DNA from: an uncultured Phycisphaerales bacterium
GTDB lineage: Bacteria > Planctomycetota > Phycisphaerae > Tepidisphaerales > Tepidisphaeraceae
Direction of reading: 5' to 3'
NCBI GenBank assembly: GCA_963758525.1
Contig: CAVWVQ010000003.1
Span: 1,856,001 to 1,920,000, forward strand
Length of the DNA: 64,000 nt
This document shows, piece after piece, positions 52,813 through 62,980 of this stretch (its first letter is position 1; each line of letters opens with the position of its first letter). The position numbers were made by a program, and so were the translations under genes. Below the pieces are notes generated by a model that saw only the letters and a program-made list of their open reading frames with translations, had not been told where the DNA came from and ran no database searches.

Positions 52813-53137
52813 CGACTGGAGCTTCAACATCGCCTACAATGCCGCGCTCCAGGCCGCAACGGTGGCGCTGATCGCGTCGGGGTACAGCGTCCCCAAAGGA
52901 GACTCACATCACTTTCGCGTCATCGGCTCGCTGGAATTCACGATTGGATTGGACCGCAAGCTGATCGACAACCTCGACCGCTATCGAAAGAAAAGAAGCG
53001 TGAGCATTTACGACGTCGCCGGCGCGATTACCGATGCAGAGGCAAAGGCGATGCAGGCGGTCGCGCAAGAACTCGTGAAGCAGGTTCGCGCTTGGATTGT
53101 GCGGAATCACGCAAACCTGATGAAGCGGGCAAAGTGA
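52685..53137 (+). CDS. HEPN-domain putative toxin
   Basis: ADRDLKDS, AYNAALQAA, HH, RKKRSVSIYD (Rx4Y HEPN variant); follows the MNT gene. Confidence 0.8.
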   Translation: MSLNDWLQNGWLKPHKPTGREVVDLLALADRDLKDSKVSGLGNDWSFNIAYNAALQAATVALIASGYSVPKGDSHHFRVIGSLEFTIGLDRKLIDNLDRYRKKRSVSIYDVAGAITDAEAKAMQAVAQELVKQVRAWIVRNHANLMKRAK

Positions 53138-53146
53138 GCCGGTTCC

Positions 53147-53758
53147 TCACATCCCCGCGAAATTCGCAAGAATCTGCAGGCCGACCTTCTGGCTTTTCTC
53201 CGGGTGAAACTGGGTGGCAACGACATTCTCGCGCCAGACGCTGCTCACGAACGGCCGGCCGTAATCCGTTGTGGTTGCGATCACGTGCGCGTCGTCGGGG
53301 ACCACGTGATACCCGTGCACGAAATAAACGCCGCAGCCGGCCGGCAGATCTCGCAGGATCGGCGACGGCCGCCGGACGCTCAGCGTGTTCCAGCCCATGT
53401 GCGGGACTTTGAGATGCAGCGTCTGGTCCACGTCAAAACGAATGCACTTGCCGGGGAGCACGCCGAGTCCGCGGTGTTCGCCGTCCTCGTAGCCGGTCTC
53501 GAAAAGCATCTGCAATCCGAGGCAGATGCCGAGGAACGGCTTTCCTTTTTCAATGTGACGAAGAATCGGGGCGTCCAGCGAGCGATCGCGAAGGGTCGCA
53601 ATGGCATCCTGGAACGCGCCTACGCCCGGCAGCACGATGCGCTCGGCGGAGTCGATCTGCTCCGGCTCGGAAATAATCTGCGCGGGAATCCCCACCTGCT
53701 CGAATCCCTTCTGGACCGAGCGCAGGTTCGCCATTCCATAATCGACGATGCTGATCAT
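53147..53758 (-). CDS. hisH: Imidazole glycerol phosphate synthase glutaminase subunit
   Basis: [45 protein letters not shown]. Confidence 0.96.
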   Translation of the reverse strand: MISIVDYGMANLRSVQKGFEQVGIPAQIISEPEQIDSAERIVLPGVGAFQDAIATLRDRSLDAPILRHIEKGKPFLGICLGLQMLFETGYEDGEHRGLGVLPGKCIRFDVDQTLHLKVPHMGWNTLSVRRPSPILRDLPAGCGVYFVHGYHVVPDDAHVIATTTDYGRPFVSSVWRENVVATQFHPEKSQKVGLQILANFAGM

Positions 53759-54384
53759 CCGGTGATAACAACCACCTCGACACGGCGGGAGAGCGCTTTG
53801 GTGGCTTTTGGCTTGGTGTCGCCGTACCCCTTGGTGGTGATGCGCGAGCCGTCGATCCCGTGAGCGATCAGATAGTCGCTGACAGCGGTGGCGCGAGCAT
53901 CAGACAATTCCTTGTTGCTCTTCCAATGGCTATGCACGATCGGGTCGGTATCGGTATACCCTTCGATACGAACGGCCTTGCCGGCATATTGCTTCCTGAG
54001 GGCGGCCACCACCTTATCGAGCGAGCCTTTAGCCGAGTCTTTGATGACGTCGCGGCCCGAGTCAAAGAAAACATCGCCGGGCAGGCTGACCGTTGTGGTG
54101 CCGGCCTTGGCGTCTTCTGTCACAACCAGCGGCCCAAGATCGGGCTTGGTCGGCGGGGCCACCGGCGCTGGCGCCGGCGCCGGGACGGGCGCAGGAGGGG
54201 TTTGCACAACTGGCGCCGGAGCAGGCTGCGCTTCTCTGGCGCGCTGCGCCTCATCGAGTTGTGCCTGGAGTTCGACGTTCTGCCGATGCAGATCGCGGTT
54301 TTCATCCATGACTTTGTTGTCGCACCCCGCGACGAGGAACGTCAACAGCCCGAGCGTGCTCGAAGTAATCCACGGCCTTCCCAT
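53755..54384 (-). CDS. OmpA/MotB-family peptidoglycan-binding lipoprotein
   Basis: Lipobox VAGC; VFFDSG, IEGYTD, LSDARA, GYGDTKP, RRVEV. Confidence 0.88.
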   Translation of the reverse strand: MGRPWITSSTLGLLTFLVAGCDNKVMDENRDLHRQNVELQAQLDEAQRAREAQPAPAPVVQTPPAPVPAPAPAPVAPPTKPDLGPLVVTEDAKAGTTTVSLPGDVFFDSGRDVIKDSAKGSLDKVVAALRKQYAGKAVRIEGYTDTDPIVHSHWKSNKELSDARATAVSDYLIAHGIDGSRITTKGYGDTKPKATKALSRRVEVVVITG

Positions 54385-54433
54385 GATGAGTCCTTTCATT
54401 CTTGGGAGAATGCTAAAGGTAAACGCGCGCGCG

Positions 54434-54799
54434 TCAAGTATTGGGCGGGGCCGATGCATCCGCGCCAGGCGCCGCGGGCTTGGGACGAAGCATGGCGGCT
54501 TTGGCGCGCATCTCCGCCATCTCGCGCTCCAATCGGTCGGTGCGGCCCTTGGTCCGCAGATCGCGCACCTGACGGACCGTCCGGAGAGTCGTGCTGACCA
54601 GAACCGTAAACACGATCCCCGTAAGCACTGCATAGAGCGCAAAGAGCAGGATCGAAGTTTCCGCGGTCCTGTTGAACCAGAACCAGAACTTCACCGGCTC
54701 GGTGCTGTTCTTCGCCGTGAAGATCAGCACGTAAATCAGGATCGCGGCAACGAAACTGACCTTGCTCCAGATTTTAATTTTCAGCCAGAGGTTTCCCAT
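54434..54799 (-). CDS. LapA-family (DUF1049) small membrane protein
   Basis: Two TM segments around KNSTEPVKFWFWF, followed by a coiled coil. Confidence 0.65.
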   Translation of the reverse strand: MGNLWLKIKIWSKVSFVAAILIYVLIFTAKNSTEPVKFWFWFNRTAETSILLFALYAVLTGIVFTVLVSTTLRTVRQVRDLRTKGRTDRLEREMAEMRAKAAMLRPKPAAPGADASAPPNT

Positions 54800-54879
54800 A
54801 TCGCGCCTTCCAACCAACTCGCGCGAGGACGCGCTCGCGCAACGTTATATGCTTTCCTTTGGGCAGCCGCGCAACCCCT

Positions 54880-56136
54880 TCAGTGTCCCTGCATGCCCTG
54901 CTGCACCATTGTCACGAGCCAGTTCAGGGGGGCAAGGTAATCGGCAATCGGACAATAAAACAGCATCACGATCGCGGTGGCCAGGCTCAGGTAAGGCCCG
55001 TAGGGCAATTCGCGCTTGCCCCCAAACCAGAGATAGACGGCGAATGCCAGTCCGAACAGCGGCGCGAGGAAGAACGCAACCGTGGCCGCGCCAGCGCCCA
55101 GAACGGCGCCGACGCCGGCCATCAGGTCGACGTCGCCCATGCCCATCGCCTCGCGGCCAAAAAACATCGAGCCGGCGATGCGCGTGAACCAGACGACGAA
55201 TCCGCCAACCAAACCTCCCAGGATCGATCCCAGCAATCCGGAGATCCATTGAGTTTTCAGCAGTCCTTCCCACTGGCGGTGCAGCGGGCCGCCGCTCCAG
55301 GTCAACAGCATCCAGACGAACGCGAAGAACAGCGGCGGAATGAGGAACAGCATCTCCTTGCGAATCTCAGCGCGAATCTCCCGCGGCGAATATTCGCGCG
55401 GCTCGGGCGGCTGTGCCACACCTTGCGCCGTCGCGGCGTCAACCGCGCGGGCATGGTGAACTTTGTCTATCTCAAGCATCGGCCCCCCCTCGGCAAAGCT
55501 CAGCGGAAGTTTTCCAAGCCGCAACAGCAAAAGGCTGAGCAACAGTCCCAGCCCGCCCCCCGCCGCCAGCGCCGCTGGCAGCGGGCCGGCGTTGAGTGAA
55601 CCTGCAACCCTCGGCTCGTCAAACAACGTATGCACGACCACCGCGACGACGGCGAAGCCACCCTTCCAACTCCAGATGATCTCCGGCGGGATGATGAATA
55701 ACTCGGCATCGATCAGGCTCGCGGCCAGCAGCGCAGCGAGCAGGTACAGATAGAGAGCGAAGTGCGGCCAGGTGACGAGAAACGACCGGCCTCCCTCCGA
55801 CCTCGCGCAAAATCCAAGCCGCCATTCCGGCGGCGTCAGATAGAACAACAGGTAGTACAGGACGAACAATCCCGCCGTCAGCGCTTCGACGACCGGATAG
55901 CGCGCGGAGATCAGCGTGCTGCAATATCGGCACCTTCCCCGTAACTTGATCCACGCGAAAATGGGGATGTTGTCGTACCACTGCAACGGCGTGTTGCATT
56001 TTGGGCAATGCGATCCCGGAAAAATTAGCGATTCATTGCGCGGCAATCGCCAGATCACCACATTTAGAAAGCTGCCGACGCACGCGCCGAACATGAACAG
56101 GAACAGCAGTATCGTCAGGTGCAATTGAAGGGTCAT
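54880..56136 (-). CDS. pilD: Prepilin peptidase (A24)
   Basis: GSFLNVVIWRLP, SHCPKC...RCRYC, ISARYP, IDAELFIIP, MGMGDVDL, PYGPYLS. Confidence 0.92.
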   Translation of the reverse strand: MTLQLHLTILLFLFMFGACVGSFLNVVIWRLPRNESLIFPGSHCPKCNTPLQWYDNIPIFAWIKLRGRCRYCSTLISARYPVVEALTAGLFVLYYLLFYLTPPEWRLGFCARSEGGRSFLVTWPHFALYLYLLAALLAASLIDAELFIIPPEIIWSWKGGFAVVAVVVHTLFDEPRVAGSLNAGPLPAALAAGGGLGLLLSLLLLRLGKLPLSFAEGGPMLEIDKVHHARAVDAATAQGVAQPPEPREYSPREIRAEIRKEMLFLIPPLFFAFVWMLLTWSGGPLHRQWEGLLKTQWISGLLGSILGGLVGGFVVWFTRIAGSMFFGREAMGMGDVDLMAGVGAVLGAGAATVAFFLAPLFGLAFAVYLWFGGKRELPYGPYLSLATAIVMLFYCPIADYLAPLNWLVTMVQQGMQGH

Positions 56137-56648
56137 GAAGCTCCGATGATGCGATCGACGACTTGCGCGGGGGAAAGATGCGTGACGTCGATCTCTTCGG
56201 TCATAACTGAACGATAGATCGGCTCGCGCCGGGCCAGAACAGTCCTGATTTCGTCGATCCCGCCGTCGAACTGCGTCAGCGCCGGCCGCATGGCCGCAGT
56301 TTGGGAATCGGCACGGATTCGTCGCAAGAGCTCATCGGATTCGCAGCGCAAGTAGATTATGCGGTGCCCGCCGCCCGCGAAGAGCCTGCGGTTCTCTTCC
56401 GATTCGATCGCCCCGCCGCCAACAGAGAGTACGTGATCGAGTTTTGAGAGAACCTGCTGGAGTACCGCGGACTCATGCTCGCGGAAAACCCGCTCGCCGT
56501 CTTTCTCGAAAATCTCTCGAATGGTTTTACGCGCGCGGGCGACAACCAGCTCGTCGGCGTCAATGAACTGCTGACCAAGTCGCTCGCCGAGCTTTCGCCC
56601 GACGGTTGTCTTGCCGCTGCCGCGATAACCGATCAGGACCACGCCCAT
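56133..56648 (-). CDS. aroK: Shikimate kinase
   Basis: IGYRGSGKTTVG, DAD, IFEKDGERVFREHE, GGG, RP, REPIY. Confidence 0.93.
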   Translation of the reverse strand: MGVVLIGYRGSGKTTVGRKLGERLGQQFIDADELVVARARKTIREIFEKDGERVFREHESAVLQQVLSKLDHVLSVGGGAIESEENRRLFAGGGHRIIYLRCESDELLRRIRADSQTAAMRPALTQFDGGIDEIRTVLARREPIYRSVMTEEIDVTHLSPAQVVDRIIGAS

Positions 56649-56818
56649 GGAGGCATTATCGACAATATCCAGCGGTTGTCAGCGAAAGGATGATCGGAAG
56701 ACGTGACCTTCGGATCACCTGTCAAATAATGCGTCCCACAATCCGGCCAAGTCCGCAGATAGGCTTTCCTCGCCGCGATCCCTGACATCCAACGCAAGAT
56801 CGTTATAATCACCCTCCT

Positions 56819-57550
56819 ATGGCTCACGAAGGCAAATCGGTCTACAAGCGCGTTCTTCTGAAAATCAGCGGCGAAGGGTTCTGCGAAGAAGGCGGCTTCG
56901 GAATCGAAGCGGGACAATTGGAAAACATCGCCCAGCAATGCGTGGACGTCGCCAAGATGGGCGTGGAACTGGCGATCGTGGTCGGCGGAGGCAACTTTAT
57001 CCGCGGCGCGACATTCGCCGAGGATGGGCACATCCCGCGAGCCACGGCTGACTACATGGGCATGCTCGCAACGGTGCTGAACGCAGTCGCTCTGCAGGAG
57101 ACCATGGAGAAGCTGGGACAGCCGACGCGCGTGCAGTCGGCCATCAGCGTCTACAGCGTCTGCGAGCCGTTCATCCGTCGGCGCGCGGTGCGTCACCTGG
57201 AGAAGGGTCGGGCGGTGATTCTGGCGGCGGGAACGGGCAACCCGTTCTTTACGACCGACACGTGCGCGGCGCTGCGGGCGACGGAGATTGCCGCGGACGT
57301 CTTGCTCAAGGCCACCAAAGTGGACGGAATTTATTCATCCGATCCAAAGAAGGACAAGAACGCCACGCTGTATCACAACATTTCGTATGAGGAGATGCAC
57401 CAGAAGCAATTGCGCGTGATGGATCTGACCGCGGTGACGCTCTGCATGGAGCAGAAGATCCCGCTGGTCGTCTTCAACCTCAAGGTGCCCGGGAACATCG
57501 CGCGTGTCATGCGTGGCGAGAAGATCGGCACTAAAATCGTTCCTTCGTGA
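56819..57550 (+). CDS. pyrH: UMP kinase
   Basis: RVLLKISGE, VGGGNFIRG, DYMGMLAT, GTGNPFFTTD, KVDGIY, VMDLTA. Confidence 0.96.
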   Translation: MAHEGKSVYKRVLLKISGEGFCEEGGFGIEAGQLENIAQQCVDVAKMGVELAIVVGGGNFIRGATFAEDGHIPRATADYMGMLATVLNAVALQETMEKLGQPTRVQSAISVYSVCEPFIRRRAVRHLEKGRAVILAAGTGNPFFTTDTCAALRATEIAADVLLKATKVDGIYSSDPKKDKNATLYHNISYEEMHQKQLRVMDLTAVTLCMEQKIPLVVFNLKVPGNIARVMRGEKIGTKIVPS

Positions 57551-57559
57551 AAGGGCTGC

Positions 57560-58120
57560 ATGCCAAGCGACGACATTCTGCTGGATTGTGAAGAGGCGAT
57601 GGACAAGACGCTGGACCATCTGCGCCACGAGCTGCGCGGTTTGCGCACCGGACGGGCCACCCCGGCGCTGGTGGAGAACATCAAGGTGGATTATTACGGC
57701 ACGCCGACGGAGCTGCGCTCCATCTCGGCCATCAGCGTTCCTGAGGCCACCCAGATTCTCATCAAGCCTTTCAGTCCCGGCGATCTCAAGGCGATCGAAA
57801 AGGCCATCAGCGACAGCAAGCTGGGGCTTACGCCTCACAGCGATGGCAAGCAGTTGCGGCTGATGCTTCCCGCGTTATCGCAGGAGCGGCGTCAGCAACT
57901 CGCGGGTCAGGCGAAGGGATTCGGCGAGGAAGCCAAAATTCGCATTCGCAATGCTCGACGCGATGCCAACAAGCTCACGGATGCCGAAGGCAAGGGGGGC
58001 CTGATGACCGAAGACGAAACCACTGCGACGAAGGATCAGATTCAGGAACTGACCAAGACTTACGAGGGGAAGGTCGACGAAGTGCTGGAGCACAAGAAGA
58101 AAGAGATCATGGCCGTTTGA
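57560..58120 (+). CDS. frr: Ribosome recycling factor
   Basis: LRTGRATP, VDYYG, LSQERR, IRNARRDAN, KKKEIM. Confidence 0.96.
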   Translation: MPSDDILLDCEEAMDKTLDHLRHELRGLRTGRATPALVENIKVDYYGTPTELRSISAISVPEATQILIKPFSPGDLKAIEKAISDSKLGLTPHSDGKQLRLMLPALSQERRQQLAGQAKGFGEEAKIRIRNARRDANKLTDAEGKGGLMTEDETTATKDQIQELTKTYEGKVDEVLEHKKKEIMAV

Positions 58121-58941
58121 ACTCGCGCGGCAGCGGAAGTTCAAACGTCATCGGGCGGCCGCTGCGGGGGTGGACGATTGCCAGACGCCGGGCGATCAAC
58201 AGAAGTCGCTGGGACTTGGAGTTCTCCGGGCCATACAGAACATCGCCGATGATCGGATTCCCCCGTTCTTTGAGATGCACGCGGATCTGATGTTTCTTTC
58301 CGGTCTGAAGCGTCACGCGTACGAGCGATCGATCTGCCCGGCTCTCAACCACCTCATAATCCGTGACGGCGAGCTCGCCCCGGCCGCGCTGACGCGTGGA
58401 ATAAACGCTCCCATCGGCGCGCTCCACGAGATGTGAAGAGATCCGCTCCGCACCCCGCGCCGGCGTGCCGTGCACAACGGCGGCGTATTCGCGCAAGACC
58501 GTATGTTCAAAAAACTGGGCTTTGAGCGAGCGGTACGCGTGATCGTTCTTCGAGAAGATCAGCAGACCCGATGCATCACGATCGAGCCGATGAATCAACC
58601 CGACGCGCGCACGCGGCTCGGCGTCCGCCAGACACCGTTGCACCCGCGCCAGCAGCGTCGGCCTGCGTTCATTTGGAACAGTGCTTGTCAGCAGGCCGGG
58701 CGGCTTGTTGACTACCAGCACGTCGTCGTCTTCATATACAACGTCGATCTCATCACCCGCTGACTTCGCACGCGAAGTGGAGGAGACGACTTCAACAGTG
58801 GTTTCGGGGAAAATCTGCTGCTGAACGCTCCTGGCCGGCGCCCCCCACCATCACCCGCCGAGCCTGAACCATACGGCGAAGGGTTTGCCGCTTCGCGCTG
58901 GGATAGTGCCGAATGAGCCAATCGAGCAGCGATTCAGGCAT
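58107..58941 (-). CDS. RluA-family pseudouridine synthase; frameshift ~58838
   Basis: VYEDDDVLVVNKPPGL, HRLDRDASG, TGKKHQIRVH, PIIGDVLYG; N-terminus MPESLLDWL... Confidence 0.9.
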
Positions 58942-59315
58942 AACGGACCGAGCAAATAGAAAAGCCCCGGCGCCACCCACGGCACCGGGGCCTCAAAACA
59001 AAGCTGCTCAGGCGGTTTTGTCCGCCGAAACAGTCGCCTCTGGCTGGGGCATGCCATCTTCGGGCACACGCGGCAGCCCTCTTCCCTCTCTTACCCAACT
59101 ATCGGGGACTATTTTGGAAAAGCTTGAGCCCGCGGCAACCCGAATCTGGAACATCAAACGTGGTTTCTGGTGTAATAGACGCGACTGCGGAAAATTGTTA
59201 ACTCAGCAGGAGGGCAAAATGTGAAACTGGGGAACATTATTCTCGAAGAAATGTTTCCGGAGTCGCCGAAGTAGGGTATTGCCGTGGGGACCATTCGCGA
59301 GGAAGTGTCATCGAC

Positions 59316-59537
59316 ATGATTGATCGGCTGCTCAGTACCGGACTCAGGCTTACCATCGTGTCACTCGCGGGCGGTGTCGCCGCGGGATCGGTCGCATTGG
59401 GGTATTGGGGACTCCTGCAGACGGTGCAGGGAAAGATGGTTTCGGGGCCGATTGATATTGGGCTCGGCGTTGGATTGGGCGTCGGCTCGTGGCTGTTGGC
59501 AAAAAATCGCAACGATTTGGCAGATTGTCAGCGGTAA
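59316..59537 (+). CDS. Small two-TM hypothetical protein
   Basis: 73 aa with two hydrophobic Gly-rich segments; GAGGA upstream. Confidence 0.5.
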   Translation: MIDRLLSTGLRLTIVSLAGGVAAGSVALGYWGLLQTVQGKMVSGPIDIGLGVGLGVGSWLLAKNRNDLADCQR

Positions 59538-60226
59538 CTGCTGGCCGGCTGAGCCGCGCGGGCGGCCATCATCAGCCGTTGCATCAGCCGGGATTTGACT
59601 TCGGCAGCATCGAACCGGCGGGTCGTCAATTGCACCGCCCGCAATCCTCGCGTGGTGCTCAGCACAAATCCCGCGTGCGGCAGAATCTCCCGCCATCGCG
59701 GATCCTCGGTCTGTGTCGTCGTCAGCAGCGGTTCAACCCATTCCTCCGGGACGCTGAACGCGCGCAGCCGCACCGATCGCTGCAGACCCAGATTCGAGTC
59801 GAGGCAGAGTTCAGAGCAGGCTTGGGGCGACGGCTGAATGCGGACGCTGCCAACAATTTCCAACGGCGGTGTATCCACCTTGCACGCTTCGGAAATACAA
59901 AAGCGCCCGGTCAGATCAGGCTCGGTCAGATGCGTGAAAGCAGGAAGCAACTCGCGGGCAGTCAAGGGCCCGTCGAGACGGATCACCACCTCTTCCCCTG
60001 GCTCGCGCATCGCCGCGATGGCGTGCGGCAGTGCCATGCGCAGCTGCTTCTGACGGAAGCCCTCATCCAGCGACTGGCTCTGTTCATCGCGATCGAGAAT
60101 CAGAAATTCGAAGATGCGCGTGTCGGAAGGCCAGGTGTACCAGAGCGGCCCCAACATTCCCTGCGAAGCCCAGTTCGACTCCTGCTCTGCGCGGCCCACG
60201 TCGAGCTGATTGATCCTCACAATCAC
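59528..60226 (-). CDS. Hypothetical protein
   Basis: 232-aa ORF; GTG start overlaps the upstream TGA. Confidence 0.7.
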   Translation of the reverse strand: MIVRINQLDVGRAEQESNWASQGMLGPLWYTWPSDTRIFEFLILDRDEQSQSLDEGFRQKQLRMALPHAIAAMREPGEEVVIRLDGPLTARELLPAFTHLTEPDLTGRFCISEACKVDTPPLEIVGSVRIQPSPQACSELCLDSNLGLQRSVRLRAFSVPEEWVEPLLTTTQTEDPRWREILPHAGFVLSTTRGLRAVQLTTRRFDAAEVKSRLMQRLMMAARAAQPASSYR

Positions 60227-60636
60227 TTGATCTCGATCCTCGCACCAGGCTGGGCAACCACGTTGACCATGACACCGACCGAGATTCCCCCGTTGGCCAA
60301 ATCGAACGCCGAGTCATCCGTCGGAAATTCCACCACGATCGGCGTTCCCGCCTGCACGACCATCGACTGCTGATCCAGTGCCCGCACCCGCCCCTGAATC
60401 GTGCGCGGCGTACCCAGAATCGGCGCGATGAAATTGCCGCCGCTGGGGACCGTCCAGATCTTCCGTGCCATCACCCGGATCACCGCCTTCACCGGCACAT
60501 TGAGCGTTCCGTCGTACGGCCTGGATACCAGATGCAGCTCGTAGTTCGTGCCAGTGGGGCTGAAAATCACCACGCCGTCACGTTGTGAGGTGATTTTTCC
60601 CGATGCCATGAGATCCGAAGTCGCCGCTGTCGTCAT
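60223..60636 (-). CDS. Hypothetical beta-rich protein
   Basis: GTNYELHL, SGGNFIAPILGTPRTIQGRV; GGAG SD. Confidence 0.7.
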   Translation of the reverse strand: MTTAATSDLMASGKITSQRDGVVIFSPTGTNYELHLVSRPYDGTLNVPVKAVIRVMARKIWTVPSGGNFIAPILGTPRTIQGRVRALDQQSMVVQAGTPIVVEFPTDDSAFDLANGGISVGVMVNVVAQPGARIEIK

Positions 60637-60793
60637 GATTGCTGCTCCGTGGAGTTGAGCGAGCAATGTATCCGCAGGGGGCGGGGATGGGAATAAGCCT
60701 TGTCAAAGCTTGCCGGACGTGCGCATGAAAATGGCGGAGCAATCACGCTCCGCCTGCTCTTCTGGGAAGGAGCGCAACATGAGCCTCCACTGC

Positions 60794-62829
60794 TCAGCTC
60801 CACATCGCGGATATCTTCCGCCGAATCTCACCTGCCAACGGCGTGGTCGCTGTAGGTTCCACCTCAGCCACCAGCGGTGAGAGCGTCACCCGCTCAAAAC
60901 GATCCAGGATGTCTTTTGAGAGAAATCGCGACATTTGGGCATACGAATGGCGATCGCTCATGCCGGATTTCTTCTGGTAGTAACGCAGGGGAAAGCAAAC
61001 TTCCAAAAAATCGCGGGCGCGCGTCAGCGCGACGTAGAAGAGCCGGCGTTCTTCCTCGATCTGCTCGTCCGAGCCAGTCGCCATGTCAGAGGGAATGTTG
61101 CCGTCGGCGGCATGGATCACGTAGACGGCATCCCATTCGCACCCCTTGGCCGAGTGAATCGTCGAGAGAATCAGGTAATCCTCTTCGCGCAGCGGTGGGC
61201 CGGCATGGTCCTGCGTGGAGGCGGGCGGATCGAGCGTCAGATCGGTCAGCATCTGCGATCGCGAGCGGAAATTCCCCGCGATGTGCGAGAGCTGATCGAC
61301 GTCGCAGGCGCGCTGCGGCGCCTGGTCGTACCGCCGTTCGAGAATCGGAACGTAGAACGCGCGAACCTGCGCGACCTGTTCCGGCAGCGGCATCGCATCG
61401 GGCGCCAGATCAGTCAATAGCTTCACGAATGGGCCCCATTGCGCCGATGCCGCCGGCGGCGGTTCGTAGCCGATCCACGACTTGAGGTCGTGCTGAGATT
61501 CCTGCAGGTGAGCGATCGCACGACGGGCGTGTGACGGTCCGACGCCATCGAGCAACTGCAGGACGCGCAGTGCGCTGGTGGAATCGCGGGGATTTTCCAC
61601 GAGGCGCAAAATCGCCAGCACGTCTTTCACGTGGGCCGCTTCGAGGAACTTCAGGCCGCCATATTTCACGAACGGAATGTTCCGCCGGCCCAGCTCGACT
61701 TCGAGCGCATCGCTGTGATGGGCCGCCCGAAACAGCACGGCCTGGCGTCGCAACGGAATGCCGGCTTCCAAATGCTCCAGGCATCGGCCGATCAGGTAAT
61801 CGCTCTGCTGCTGTTCGTCGATCAGCGTCACCAGCCGAGGCTTCTGTCTGCTCGACCGCTCGGAATACAGTTCTTTGTTGTAGCGATGCACGCACTGCGC
61901 GATCACCGCATTGGTTGCATCGAGAATCGGCTGCACGCTGCGATAATTCCGCTCCAGCTTCACCACCGTCGCGGCTGGAAAAGTTTGGCAGAAATTCAGA
62001 ATGTTGTGAACGGTGGCCGCGCAAATGAGTAAATGCTCTGCGCGTCGTCGCCGACGACGGTCAGCCCTTTTCCGCCCGGACAGAGCCGCGGCAGGATCGA
62101 CGCCTGAAGAGCGTTGGTGTCTTGATATTCATCGACGAGGACGGCGTCGAACCGGCGCCCAACCTCCTGCGCCAGCAGTTCATCTTCCATCAGGTGATGC
62201 CAATAGAGCAGGAGATCATCATAATCGAGCACGCTCTGCTGCTGTTTGCGTTCGACGTACGCCCGGAAGAGTTGCTTGAGCTGCTCGGGATAACTCATGC
62301 ACCAGGGAAAGCTCGACTTGAGCGCCACGTCCACCGGTTCCTGCGCATTGACGCACCGGCTGTAGATCGACAGGCACGTTGCCTTTCGCGGGAAGCGTAC
62401 TTCTCCCTGATCGAGCTGCAGCTCGCCGCGCAGTTCGTTGAGCAGGTCTTCGGCATCAGTCCGATCCGCGACGGTAAAGTTCTCCGCGATTCCCACCGAT
62501 CGCGCATGCAGCCGCAGCAATCGATTCGCCACGGCGTGAAAAGTGCCGCTCCAGATCTGGCTCGCCGCTGCCGATGCGCCGCGCAATCCGCTGGCGCCGC
62601 GCACAATATTTTCGACGCGTCGCGTCATTTCCGCAGCCGCGCGACGCGTGAAAGTCAGAAGGAGAATTCGTCCCGGGCTGACGCCGGTGGAAAGCAGATA
62701 TGCCACGCGATGGGCAAGGGCGTTGGTTTTTCCGGTGCCTGCCCCGGCAATGATCAGAAGCGGGCCGCCAGCGAAGATCGCAGCGGTTCGCTGTTGTTCG
62801 TTGAGTGATTCCAACCAGTTCGCATCCAT
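60794..62829 (-). CDS. UvrD/PcrA-family SF1 helicase; frameshift ~62022
   Basis: LNEQQ, AGAGTGKT, LTFTRRAA, GTFH, VDEYQDTN, VGDDAQSIYSF, LERNYRS, STIHSAKGCEW, EERRLFYVALTRA. Confidence 0.93.
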
Positions 62830-62980
62830 GCGAAACGCTCCGTCCATGAGCCACATTCAGTTTTTCGTTCGCCCCTTACGACAGCCGAACATGTTACCAG
62901 AAATGTTTGTCGGGATGCAGGCGCAGGACAGGCCCGGCTGAAATGTGGTGACGGCCGCCGCCTCAGTCATTACGCGCCCG

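Noticed and set aside
62884..62912. LexA/SOS box upstream of the UvrD-like gene (CGAACATGTTA; AAATGTTTGT also in the array spacer)
   Set aside because: Spacing does not match GAAC-N4-GTTC and the motif is absent upstream of lhr, mutS and MGMT; the 10-nt match may be chance.
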